From Mobula hypostoma (taxonomy: Eukaryota), in assembly GCF_963921235.1 (NCBI RefSeq), contig NC_086108.1, positions 11,594,001 to 11,658,000 of the forward strand: a stretch of DNA of 64,000 nucleotides, written 5' to 3'. Positions 38,303-50,900 of the stretch are shown piece after piece. The position numbers and the translations under genes are program-made. Position 1 is the first letter of the stretch; each line of letters opens with the position of its first letter. The notes below the pieces were generated by a model. The model had not been told where the DNA came from. It worked only from the letters and a program-made list of their open reading frames with translations, and did no database searches.

Positions 38303-39894
38303 CCTTCTCAGAACAAGATCCAATGCTACCCTCTATTTTTCCTGGCATTTTTCAGCATGGATTTTTCCCCACTCAGACTACTTCTGCACAGCTGACAGAA
38401 TTGCCCTTGTCCCATCCAGCCTATACCTCCTCTGTTATTAACAAGGTCTTCGTACACTCTGTGACATTACACACAGCAAGCCACAGTCACCTCTTACTGA
38501 GTGACATCATTTGTCCTTGTTTCCCGATCCCTCTGACCCCTCTCCTCCTTATCCCAGCCACCATCAAAATTGTTATGGAAACAGCAATGAAAGATCCTTC
38601 TACATCTGAGTGTGATGGTATTCCTGAGTCTCCACCCGGGACTTGCATGCCTGCCAGTAATGGAAACCGGGAGGAAGCAACTGACATGATGAAGGAAGCC
38701 ATGAACACTAACCGAGATGGAGGACTTTAAGTGCTGCACCAAATGCCGGTGGTGTAATGGGCAGTAAAAATACAAAACAAGGAATACAAATAAATACTTT
38801 ATTAATAAGACTTTTTCTATTTAGAAAAAATTATGGTAAACAATCACCACAAGCAGTGGAGATGAGCGAAGGTGAGAAAGAGTCGCAGGCCGGAGTGTGC
38901 GAGAGCGAGGCAAAGTCGAGGTGAAGTCAAGGCGTGTTGGAGGTGAAGTCAAGGTGAGCAGAGCGGAGCAAAGTTGGAGCAGAGGAGAGGCAGATTCAGG
39001 GCCCATCCACCTGAACTGAGAGCAACGTTCGATTGACCTAAACACCGGGCCGATTTGGAAAGGTTGGGTCCAGGCCAGAACGTGGCAGTTGTGTCCATTG
39101 ATGTGACATGGCCGAGTCCTAAAGCAAGGAACGACCTGATGTTTAGATGATTTAAACTGGGCCACTTGGATTTGAAAAGCAGGGTGACGGGACCAGAGGT
39201 GAGGGTTGTGTCAGTTCTGGTCGCTGCCCCACAACGTTTACTTGGCTCTGTGCTGAACTGAGGCTGAGGCTGGAGGTGTGGCTGCCAGCTGCTCTGGGCT
39301 CACTTTTGCTCTAAATGTTATCTGCTTACTTTTATTGTTTGCCCAATTTGTTTTTTTCTTTCTCTGCACATTGGGGGTCTTTTTATATTTCTTTTGGGTT
39401 TCTTTGTTTTGTGGCTGCCTGTAAAGAGATGAATTCAAGGTCGTATAATGTATACATACTTTGATAATAAATGTACCTTGAACCTTTGAAACTCTGTGAT
39501 TTCCCGGTCTATCTCTCTGCCTCTAAGCACCACAAACATCTCACTTGTCTTAAGACCTCGCTCGATCAGATTATGAGTCTAAATGCCCATATGAATGAAA
39601 ATTCTTTTAAAGTTCTACAATTGCTTTTTGTTTATATGAATTCATGTTTGTTATGTCTTTTCATGGTGGTCCCTTCTGTGCGTTCATACTTCAGCCATTA
39701 TCAATGCTCCAAGCACCTCCTCCTCAATTCAGAGACAACTCCAGGGATACGATGCAAGTAGGAAGATGTGGTTCTTCACTAGAAGTCATCAGGAATTGAG
39801 CTAATTACAGTACGGAGAAGAGGAAATCGTCGGAAGAAGAGAGTGCCAGAGACTAACGCTACCAAGAGCAGCATATTCCAGATGGCCCACAAAA

Positions 39895-40655
39895 CTACTT
39901 CTATGTCTTCCTTTTCTTTCAAACGTGGTTATGCTACTGTTGGAGCCTGTGATCTTCAGTTTGAATGTGTGTTTTTGAGCCAATTAAGGAAACTGGCACT
40001 TTGCTGTCGTCAAGGGGGTTCCGGGAAGCAAGCAGCCTTGAGGTCAAGAAGCTTGGAGATGGGATGCCAGCTCATGATTGACTCCATTTCTTGCCAATCT
40101 TGCCAATGAAAGTATCAAGAAAGATTGAAAACATAGAGGCAAGTGGAGAAGGTGAGCGAGTATCAGCCTCTCACTCACTGCTGCCAGGGGAAGGTGTCTG
40201 CATGTATCTGTCTCTCTCCCTCTCCCTCTCACTCCTGCAGGGGGGAAGGTGTCTGTGTGTGACTGTCTCCCTCTTCCCCTCCATCCTGCTCACTGTTCTA
40301 GAAGGAAGGTCCCTGTGCTGGAATAGCCTCTCTTTCCCTTGAAGTTATGATGTGTTTCTGGTTTCTATTTGCTCCTTTTTCTGTTGCTATTTTGGGCGAC
40401 TTTGAATCAGGGTAGCCTGCAGATATCGAACACTGAGCTGGCCTGAATTATGTCTAGATTCTTTTGATTTTGTATTTTATGTTCTGTTTTATAGCTCTTT
40501 TTTTTGTTGCTGTTTGCATTTTTTTTCTCGTGGGGAGGCATTGCTGTCTTTGTTTGAATCGTTTTCTTTGTTTCGTGGCCGTCTGTGGGGAAGACGAATC
40601 TCAGGGTTGTATACTGCATACGTACTGCAATAATAAATGTACTTTGAATCTTTAA
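39895..40655 (+). mobile_element. Second SINE-like family with a Rex-type tail (relatives ~33160-34140, ~53165-54155)
   Basis: Shared ttcaaacgtgg...actgttggagcctgtga head, gctgccaggggaaggtgt and tail gaatctcagggttgtat. Confidence 0.7.
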
Positions 40656-41639
40656 ATTTTTGAGTGGAAAATGTTTTATGTGAATTATTTGAGCCTGGGA
40701 TAACCTTGCACCCCAGTGACACTACTGGCTGGGATCTGGGAATGGGCATGGACCCCTCCCAACTACTTCTTTGATCAATGAAACCTCAAAGAGTGAGATG
40801 GGTTTTAATGAAATGTCCAACTACACAGTAGTTCCAGAGCTGAGGGAAGCACAAGGCTGTGCTGGGGTAAAGTGGGGTCCTGCTCCTACCTTGGTACAGT
40901 GACAGATGAGAAAGGCTGCCTTCAGGGATGACAACTGGGTCTGTGATCCCGTGTGTAGTTCAAAGTTCTCCTCGCAAAGAAACTTACCATGGTCATTCAT
41001 GAGGCAGTCCAGACCATTCTGAGGGACCCATGCATCCGATGCACAGCACAGGGAGGTAGTTGGACACACACAGTCTCACTTTCATGTGTGTGAGGCATGC
41101 AGACAGTATCTTCCAGGCAGAAACAAGCTGCTGCTTTGGACATCTGCTTGCAGAGAATTGGAAATGGCACTTGAGTGCAGAACAGGGATTATGGTGCTAG
41201 GAACCCATTGGGAGTTTTAGGGTGGCTATCAGCACGTCTCCCTATGAAACGCCACCACTGTGCTCCAAGCAGGTCATAACTCTGACCTCTCTCGTTCTCA
41301 GCCTCCTCCCGTTTTGCCTCGGGGTCACTGTGATTTCTTCCACCATCCCACTTTGTCTCTTTGTCACCCATCACCTACTAGTTCTGCAATGCTCGTCCAC
41401 TGCATGTGCTTGTTACACGGTCTGGCAGTGGGTTCTTCCACTGAAACTGTATTTTTCACCACACACTGCTCACCTGGAAAGTCCCTCCTGGTGCGCAAGA
41501 ACCTCTTGCTTAACGAGTCATCACTTTCAACTCTGGCAAAGTGGGGAGCCACCAAGAACCACCATCATCTAATTGAAAGGCCGTGGGACAGAGTGATCCC
41601 TTTCTGTTCCATGGCCACTTGATGAAGTAGATACCCAAT

Positions 41640-42033
41640 GACCAAGGCGGCAGGGCAGAGATATATCTCTGCCAAAGGAGAGGTAAGAGAGGTATACCTT
41701 ACCTGGGGTAAGGTATAGCACCTATTTAGCAACCTTAACCCCCACCCCTGTCACCCCCCAGATCAGGGGCACGTGAAGCCATGGGAGCAGGTGGTGGGTG
41801 GTCATATGAGCAGCTGGTGCAGATCACGAGTCCTGGTTATGTGGGACCACTGACAACCTTTGAAAAGTATTGATAATGGCTGTGGTCACGAATCTTGTAA
41901 AGACACTGCCCAGAAGAAGGCAATGGCAAACCACTTCTGTAGAAAAATTTGCCAAGAACAATCACGGTCAAGACCATGATCAACCACGTCATGCGAGTGA
42001 TGATGTCATATGACAGAGCACATAATGATGATG
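41640..42033 (+). mobile_element. RTE-related SINE-like element
   Basis: gaaggcaatggcaaaccacttctgta (Bov-A/RTE-type motif) and an (ATG)n tail. Confidence 0.6.
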
Positions 42034-42199
42034 CTGACCCAATGACCCCTCCTCTGTTGCAGGTAGACTACATCCAACTCTTACAGAAAATTTAACTCCA
42101 TTGATTGAGTCAGAGTCATGGAAGATAACAGCAATGAAACAGGTGCTTCATCCCATCTAGCCATGTTAACCTGATCCTCTGCCAAATCCCATGCTACTA

Positions 42200-43990
42200 C
42201 AGGAATGATACTAGCAAGGATTTGGGTGACTGTCAGAAAGCAAAGTGTAGGAATAAAGGGGGGTCTTTTCTTTTTGTTGGGCACGTGGTCAAGTGGTTAC
42301 GGCGTTCGTCTAGTTATCTCAAGGTCAAGGTTTCTGAAATGCTCATTCGCTGCTGTCATTACTGCGTGGTCGGGAATCTTTCGGAGGATAATCCTCAAAA
42401 TCCCCAACTTTGCCTGCTGTTGGCGACCGAGGTTGAGGTCGATTCATTCGGACAGAGATGGCACTCAGTACTCGGTGTCGGACAGCTGATCAGAGCTCGA
42501 AGTTTTCGGATGACTCAGAGTCGGACTGTGGTCGGCATCGCAGGGAGAGTTCTTCCTTCTCCCGTCTGCGTGAGATGTGGGACATTTGAGAGACTTTGAA
42601 CTTTTACTGTGCTCATGGACTTCTTCATCAAGTTATGGTATTGTTGCACTGTTGTAACTATATGTTATAATCATGTGATTTTGTCAGTTTTTTCAGTCTT
42701 GGTCTGTCCTGTGTTTTGTGATATCACACCGGAGGAAATATTGTATCATTTCTTAATGCATGCATTACTAAATGACAATAAAAGAGGACTACGTGTCTTC
42801 ATAATCTAGTTCGAGCCTCAGCTGTGGTAGCGTGTTTGTGCCCTTGAGCAAGGCACTTATTCACACATTGCTCTAGTCTGTGCGAGGAGAGGCGCCCCAC
42901 ACAGACTTCCAATCTGAGCCTTGTAAGGTATGAAAATGCCCGACACAGGCCTCTCATGGTCTGAGTCGACGTTCCCTCCCCTCCCTTTTCTGGTTGTCTG
43001 TCAGTGACTAGTGGTGATCCGCAGGAGATGGTATGGAATGCCTTCCTTTCACAATATATGTCAATGATTTGGATGAAGGAATTGATGACCCTGCGGCCAA
43101 GTTTGTAGGTAGGTGGAGGGGTAGGCACTAATGAGGAAGCAGGGAATCTTCAGAAGGACTTGGACAGATTGGGAGAATGGGAAAAGAAGTGGCAGATGGA
43201 ATACAGTGTCGGGAAGTGTATGGTCATGCACTTTGGTAGAAGAAATGTAGGCTGAAACTATTTTCTAAATGGGGAAGAAATTCAAAAATCTAAGGTGCAA
43301 AGGGATTTGAGTTCTTGTGCAGGATTCCCAAAAGGTTAACTTTCAGGTTGAGTCAGTGATAAGGAAGGCAAATGTGATGTTAGCATTCATTTCAAGTGGA
43401 CTAGAATATAATAGCAAGTATGTAATGCTGAGGCTTTATGAGGCACTGGTCAGATCGCACGCACTTGGAGTATAGTGAGTAGTTTTGGGCTCCTTATCTG
43501 AGAATGGATGTGCTAACATTGGAGATGGTCCAGAGGAGGTGCATGAAAATGATTCCAGGAATGAAAAGGTTAATATATGAGGAGCGCTTGATGGCTCTGG
43601 GCTTGTACTCACTGGAGTTTAGAAAAATGAGGTGGGGAGGTTCTCATTGAAACCTATTGAATATCAAAAGGCTTAGATAGAGTGGATATGCTGAGGATGG
43701 CGGGGGTGTCTAGGATGAGAGGGCACAGCCATTTACAAAAGAGATGAAGAGGAATTTCTAGAGCCAGAGGGTAGTGAATCTGTGGAATTCATTACCACAG
43801 ATGGGCTGTGGATGCCAAGTCATTAGGTATATTCAAAGCAGAGGTTGACAGGTTCTTGATTAGTCAGAAGGTCAAAGATTACAGGGAGAAGGCAAGAGAA
43901 TGGGGTTGAGAGGGAAATGGATCAGCCATGATGGAATGCTGGAGCAGACTTGATGGGCTGAATGGCTTCATTCTGCACCTACAGTACGTC
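42200..43990 (+). mobile_element. Decayed CR1 interrupted by nested SINEs
   Basis: ggaataaagggggtcttttct...|cttttctggttgtctgtcagtgactagtggt continues after 42984. Confidence 0.85.
42279..42984 (+). mobile_element. tRNA-derived SINE with a second element (~42328-42806) inserted between its A and B boxes
   Basis: A box GTGGTCAAGTGG ~42286; B-box-like GTTCGAGCC ~42809; CORE-like gtgcccttgagcaaggcactta; flanking CTTTTCT repeat. Confidence 0.7.
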
Positions 43991-44232
43991 TTATGGTCCC
44001 TTCAAACTGTACCCACACATACCCCTCCAAGCCCCTCTCATCCACGCACCTATCTGAAAAGTAAGTGTTACAAGTGAACTTGTGACTGCTGCATCCACTT
44101 GCACAACCCCATCATGTTCCCCATAAATGGTGCATTTGTGTTGCCAGAGTGAAGTTGCTGTGGTGATCTGAGAGGGCTGATTTCTGGAGATGTGGTGATT
44201 CTTTCTGTCCATGTCTCCACACTCTAGTACAA

Positions 44233-44868
44233 GACCATAAGACCATAAGATATTGGAGCAGAATTGGCCACATGGCCCATTGAGTCTAGTCCACCAATTG
44301 ATTATTTCCCTCTCAGCCCCAGTCTCCTGCCTTCTTCTCGTATCCCTTCATGCCCTGACTAATCAAGAATCTATCAACCTCTGCCTTAAATTTATCCAAT
44401 GATTTGGCCTCCACAGATGCCTGTGGCGATGAATTCCACAGATTCTCCACTCTCTGGCTGAAGAAATTCCTCCTCATCCCTGTTCTAAAAGGATGCCCCT
44501 CTATTCTCAGGCTGTGTCCATGGTCTTAGGTTCCAACTTCATAGGAAACATCCTCTCCATATCCACTTGATCTAAGCCTTCCAAAATTCTACAGGTTTCA
44601 ATGAGATTCCCCCTCATTCTTCTGAACTTCAGTGAGTACAGGCCCAAAGTCACCAAATGCTCCTCATATGACAGCCTTTTCAATCCCAGATTCACGAACA
44701 TCATTTGAACCCTCTGCAAAGTCAGTACATTCCTTCTAAGACAAGTGGCCTAAAACTGCTCACAATTCTCCAAGTGAGGCCTCACCAGTGCCTTATAAAG
44801 CCTCAACATTTCATCCTTGCTTTTATATTCCAGTCCTCTTGAAATGAATGCTAAAATTGCATTTGCTT
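44233..44868 (-). mobile_element. CR1 3' fragment
   Basis: LSYEEHLVTLGLYSLKFRRMRGNLIETCRILEGLD. Confidence 0.88.
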
Positions 44869-46574
44869 AAAGGTAGACCACAAATCCCTCTGACTGGACC
44901 TTCTTTTGAACTTGGCAACTGCTGATACTTCTAAACGCAGAACTTCTTCCTCAGCAGAACTGCCTGAGTACACCAGCCCCCGGTGAAGTCACATCTCTGG
45001 CAGTAGCTTCTAATTACTCTGCAGCAGAAGAGCTGATGTCCTCCACAACTGTTTCCCTAATTTCTACAGCCATCTGCTTAGCTTCAATCACACATGAACT
45101 GAGTTGACACCAACACTTCAGAATGCAGTTGTTCCAACTCAAAACTCTGTTGCGGTTCAAACAACTCAAAAAGCAACTCCAGCATGTTCTAACTTAATTC
45201 TATATTTAACAACACTTGGAGCTCTTATCAAAGCAAGAATTAGGTCAGTTCCACAGGGTTTACAAAAATAATGGATTCTTTCTCCTTCTCCAAATTCTCA
45301 CCTGTGCTCCTGACTCTTCTTAATGCCCTTGCTCTGGTGGCTATGATTGAGTAAATCAGTGTGCTAGCAGCTGCCCTCACTGTTGTGTTCAGCTCCCATC
45401 CTCCCATGCCCGTGTATACAGAGGACACCAACCACTGACCTTGGCCAGCAGTCAGCAGGGCGGCAGTGTCCTGCCCATTCTTTTCCAGGGTTCCTGACAC
45501 TCTCCTTGGACATAAGGTCAGTGAGCTCAGTGTGGAATATCATCTGGGACATGAAGATCCAGATGTGGAGTTCCAAAACGTAGGGTCCAGGTTAAAGCAA
45601 TCACCAGGTTCAAGAACAGTTACTACTCCTCAACCATCGGGCTCTTGAACAAAGGGGATAACTACACTCACTTGCCCCATCATTGAAATGTTTTCCACAA
45701 CTAATGATCTCACTTTAAGGACCCTTTATCTCATTATCTCATGTTCTCATTATTTATTGCTATTTATTTATATTTGCATTTGCACAATTTGTTATCTTCT
45801 GCACTCTGGTTGATCTTTCATTGATCCCGTTATAGTTACTATTCTATAGATTTACTGTGTATGCCTGCAGGAAAATGAATCGCAGGTCTGTATATGGTGA
45901 CATATTGTATATGTACTTCGATAATAAATTGACTTTGGACTGAACTTTTTTTGTTGTTTGCACCGTGCCTCACCTGCGCTAAGCAGTCACCACCCCCTCC
46001 CCTCTCTGACATTTCATGGCTGTTCAGAGAAGGCATGATGAGTAGTCAGCAGAGGACTCCCCCCAGCACATCCTCGGAGTGTGTTGGCCATTCATACAAA
46101 TGGCACATATAGAGTCATAGAAGAGTACGGCATAGAAACAGGCCCTTCAGTCACCTAGTCCATGTTGAGCCATTTAAACTGCCTCGTTCCATTCACCTGC
46201 ACCAGGACCATAGCCCTACTATCCATGTACCTATCCAAACTTCTCTTAAATGTTGAAATCAAACACGCATGCACCATTTGTGTTGGCAGCTCATTCAACA
46301 CTCTCATGACCCTCTAAGAGAAGAAATTTCCCCTCACATTCCCCTTAAACTGTTCACCTTTCACCCTTAACCCATGACCTCTAGTTGTAGTCCCTCCCTA
46401 CAATGTCTCAATGTATGTGGCATAAGTAAAGCAAATCTTCAATCTTTAACTCATGGCATGAGGTGACACAAGGAGAAGTCGAGGCATCCTGGGTGCCTTG
46501 AAATTGCTCGGCCATTGCATCAGATCAGACCTGACTGCACCACCCAACACCCACCCCTCGGATACCAACAGCAG

Positions 46575-47477
46575 AAAAATTTTATGGATGATACAAAGTA
46601 GGGAGGGGTAGGTAGTGTTGAGGAAGTTTTCAGAAGTACTAAAACAGATTGGGAGAATGGGCAAAGATATGGTAGATGGAAAACAGTGTCAGGAAGTGTA
46701 TGCTCATACACTTTGATAGAAGGAATATAGGTAGAGGCGATTTTCTAAACAGGGAAAAATACAAAAATCTGAGGTGCACAGGGACTTGGGAGTTCTTGTG
46801 CAAGATTCCTAAATGCTAACTTGCAGGTTGAGTCGGTGGTAAAGAAGGCAAATGCAATGCTAGCATTCATTTCAAGAGGACTAGAATATAAAAGCAAGTA
46901 TGTAAAGCTGTGGCTTTAGAAGGTATTGGTCAGACTGCACTTGGAATATTGTGAACAGTTTGTGCCCCTCATCTAACAAAAGCCGTGATGGCATTGGAGA
47001 GGCTTCAGAGCAGATTCAGCAAGATAATTCCGGGAATGAAAAGGTTAATGTATGAAGAACGTTTGATGGGTCTAAGCCTTTACTGGCCGGAATTTAGAAG
47101 AATGAGGGGGAATCTCATTAAAATTAATCAAACATTGAAAGGGCTAGATAGAATAGATATGGGAAGAATGTTTCCTATGCTGGAAGAGTCTAGGACCAAA
47201 GGACACAGCCTCAGAATAGAGGGCCATCCATTTAGAATGGAGATGAGAAGGAATTTCTTTAGCCAGAGGTAGTGAATCTGTGCAGTTCATTGCTGTGGAA
47301 GCCATGTCAATGGTGTATTTAAAGTGATTCTTGATTAGTCAGGGTGTCAAAGGTTATGAGGAGAAGGCAGGAGAGTGGGGGTAGTGAGAGATAATAAATC
47401 AGCCATGATGGAATGGTGGAGCAGACTAAAAAGGGCCGAATGGCCTCATTCTGCTCCTATGGTCTTATGGTCTTATG
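46575..47477 (+). mobile_element. CR1 3' fragment
   Basis: ALERLQSRFSKIIPGMK...RNFFSQR; (TTATGGTC)n tail. Confidence 0.88.
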
Positions 47478-47954
47478 GAAATGGAAGTATAACACCGGGG
47501 TGTGGGGTGGTGTGGAACAGGGAAGCCTTATGCTTTGGGATTGGGATCTCAGCTCCTTTCAGAACCACTGATAGTGTATAGCACACTACTTCTATGAAAC
47601 CCAGGAATGTAGCTGAGTGAGGACAAGGAGAGGCTTCAGAGGGTGGCTGGGTGGTAAAATGAGACAGGGAGGGTGGGATGTAATGGCACACTCTACTGAT
47701 ACTGTCTGTGGAAGGTCTGGGTGGAATGGCATTTTGGCAATTGGAATGAAGATGTACAGGTTAGTCAGGTAATTGCTCACTTGCATGTAATTGAGCCTTG
47801 AGGAGTCAGTGGAATGGAATGCCCTGTTACTGAGTTGTGTCTCTAAATAAATAGAATATTATAAATGTAAAGAAGATATAGTCGGCGAACAACACGACCA
47901 AGGATGGCATCCTCCAGACAGTCCACGGAACTTCTTTCACTTCTTTTATCAAGA

Positions 47955-50900
47955 GACCATAAGATATAGGAGCAGAATTAGGCCATTTGGCCCAGCATGT
48001 CTGCACCAACATTTTATGGTGGCTGATACAAATTTCCTCTTAGCCACAATCTCTTGCCTTCTCCCTATATCCCTTCATGCACTGAACAATCAACAATGTA
48101 TCAACCTCTGCCTTAAGTACACATAAAGACTTAGCCTCCATGGAGGCCTGTGGCAAAGACTTCCACAGATTCACCTCTCCTGGCTGAAGAAATTCCTCCT
48201 CATCTCCATTCTAAAAGGATGCCCCTCTATTCTGAGGCTGTGTCTTCTGGTATTAGACTCTCTCATCATTGGAAACAACCTCTTCCACCCACTCTGTCAA
48301 GGCCTTTCACCATTTGACAGGTTTCAAGGAGGTCACCCCTCATTCTTCTGAATTTGAGTGAATACAGGCCTAGAACCATCAAACGCTCTTCATATGACAG
48401 CATATCCTCGAAAACAAGGTGCCCAAAACTGCTCACAATACTCCAGGTATGCCCTCACCAGTGCTTTATAAATTCTCAACAGTACATTCCTGCTTATATA
48501 TTCTAGTCCTTATGAAATGAATGTCAACATTGCATTTGTCTTTCTCACCACAGACTCAACCTGCATATTAACCTTTAAGGAATCCTGCACAAGCTCTCCC
48601 AAGTTCCTTTGCATATCAGTTTTTTCTTTTGTTTTTTCTCTCCATTTACAAAATTGTCAATCCATTTGTTTGTTCTACCAAAGTGCATGACCATACACTT
48701 CTCATCACTTTATTTCATCTGAAGTTCTTTGTCCATTCTCCTAATCTGTCTAGGTCCTTCTGTAGACACTTCACTTCCTCAAGACTACCTTCTCCTCCAA
48801 CAAACTTCATATTGTCTGCAAACTTTGCAACAAAGTCATCAATCCCATTATCCAAATCATTGACATATAATGTAAAAGAATCCATTCCAACACAGACTCC
48901 AGTGGAGCAACAGTAGTCACTGTCAGCCAACCAGAAAAGGCTCCCTTTATTCCCACTCTTTTCCTCCTACCAATCAGCTGCTGCTTTATATATGCTAGAA
49001 CCTTTCCTGTAATACTATGGGCTCATAGCTGGATAACCAGCCTCATGAGTAGCAATTTGTCAAAGGCCTTCTGAAAATCCAAGTCCACAACATCAACTGA
49101 CTCTCTTTTGTCTATCCTGCTTGCTAGTTTTTCAAAGAATTCCAACAGATTTGTCAGGCAAGATTTTCTCTTGAGGAAATCATGCTGACTGCAGCATTTT
49201 TTATCTTGAGCCTCCAAGTACCCTGAAACCTCATCCTTAATAATCGACTCCAACATCTTCCCAACCACTGAGACTATAGGTCAGACTAACTGGCCTATAG
49301 TTTCCTTTTTCTGCCTCAATGCCTTCTAGAAGAGTGGGATGAAATTTGCATTTTCCAGTCTTTCAGAATCATTCCATAATCTAGTGACTCTTGAAAGATC
49401 ATTACTAATGCCTCCATAGTCTCTTCGTCCACTTCTTTCAGAACCCTGTTCAGGTGACTTATCTACCTTCAGACCTTTCAGTTTCCCAAGAACCTTCTCT
49501 CTAGTAATGGTAACTTCACACAATTCATGACCCCTGACAACATGAACTTCCACCATACTGCTAGTGTCTTCAACAGTGAAGACTGATGCAAAATACTTAT
49601 TCAGTTTGTCTGCCATTACTTTGTCCCCCTTTATGACCATCCAGAGTTGTTTCCAGCGGTCTGATATCCACTCTCGCCGTTCTTTTACACTTTATGTATC
49701 TGAAGAAAGTTTTGGTATCCTCTTTAATATTATTGGCTAGCTAACTTTCATATTCGATCTTTACCTTCTTAAAGGCATTTTGAGTTGCCTTCTGTTGGTT
49801 TTTTAAAAAAGTTTTCCAATCCTCCAACTTCCCACTAATTTTTACTCTATTATATGCCCTCTCTTTGGCTGTTATGTTGGCTTTGACTTTACTTGCTAAA
49901 CACATTTGTGTCATCTTGCCTTTAGAATACTTCTTCCTCTTTGGGATGTATATATCCTGGGCCTTCCAAATTGCTCCAGAAATTCCAGTCATTGCTGCCC
50001 TGTCATCATCCCTACCAGTGTTCTTTTCCAATTAATTCCGGCCAGCTTTTCTATCATGCCTCTGTAATTCCCTTTACTCCACTGTAATACTGATACACCT
50101 GAGTTTAGTTTCACCTTCTCTAATTTCATGATGTATTTGATCATATTATGATCACTTGTTCATAAAGGTTCTTTTACCTTAAGCTCTCTTATCAATTGCA
50201 GTTCATTGCACAACACCCATTCCAGTATAGCTGATCCCCCAGTTGGCACCACAAGCTGTTCTAAAAACCTATCTTAGAGGCACTCTAGAAATTACCCCTC
50301 TTGGAGTCTAGCACCAACCCGATTTTTCCAATCGACCTGCATATTAAAGTCCCCATGAATATTGTAACATTGCCTTTACCACATCCTTATTACTGTTTGA
50401 GGATCCGTATGCAACTCCCATCAGGGTCTTTTCATTCTTGCAGTTCCTTAAGCACTTAGCATTAAGCATTTAGCATTTGGCCTTTAGCATTATCATGGAA
50501 AAGGATAGAATCAGAGAGGACAGGAAAATTTTTAATTGGGGAAGGGCAAATTATGAGGCTATAAGGCTAAAGCTTGTGGGTGTGAATTGGGATGATGTTT
50601 TTGCAGGGAAATGTATTATGGACATGTGGTCGATGTCTAGAGATCTCTTGCAGGATGTTAGGGATAAATTTGTCCCGGTGAGGAAGATAAAGAATGGTAG
50701 GGTGAAGGAAACTTGGGTGACAAGTGAGGTGGAAAATCTAGTCAGGTGGAAGAAGGCAGCATACATGAGGTTTAGGAAGCAGGGATCAGATGGGTCTATT
50801 GAGGAATATAGGAAAGCAAGAAAGGAGCTTAAGAAGGGGCTGAGAAGAGCAATAAGAGGGCATGAGAAGGCCTTGGCGAGTAGGGTAAAGGAAAACCCCA

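Noticed and set aside
42279..42330. tRNA-like sequence
   Set aside because: SINE head with a disrupted cloverleaf; no intact tRNA or rRNA gene seen in the window.
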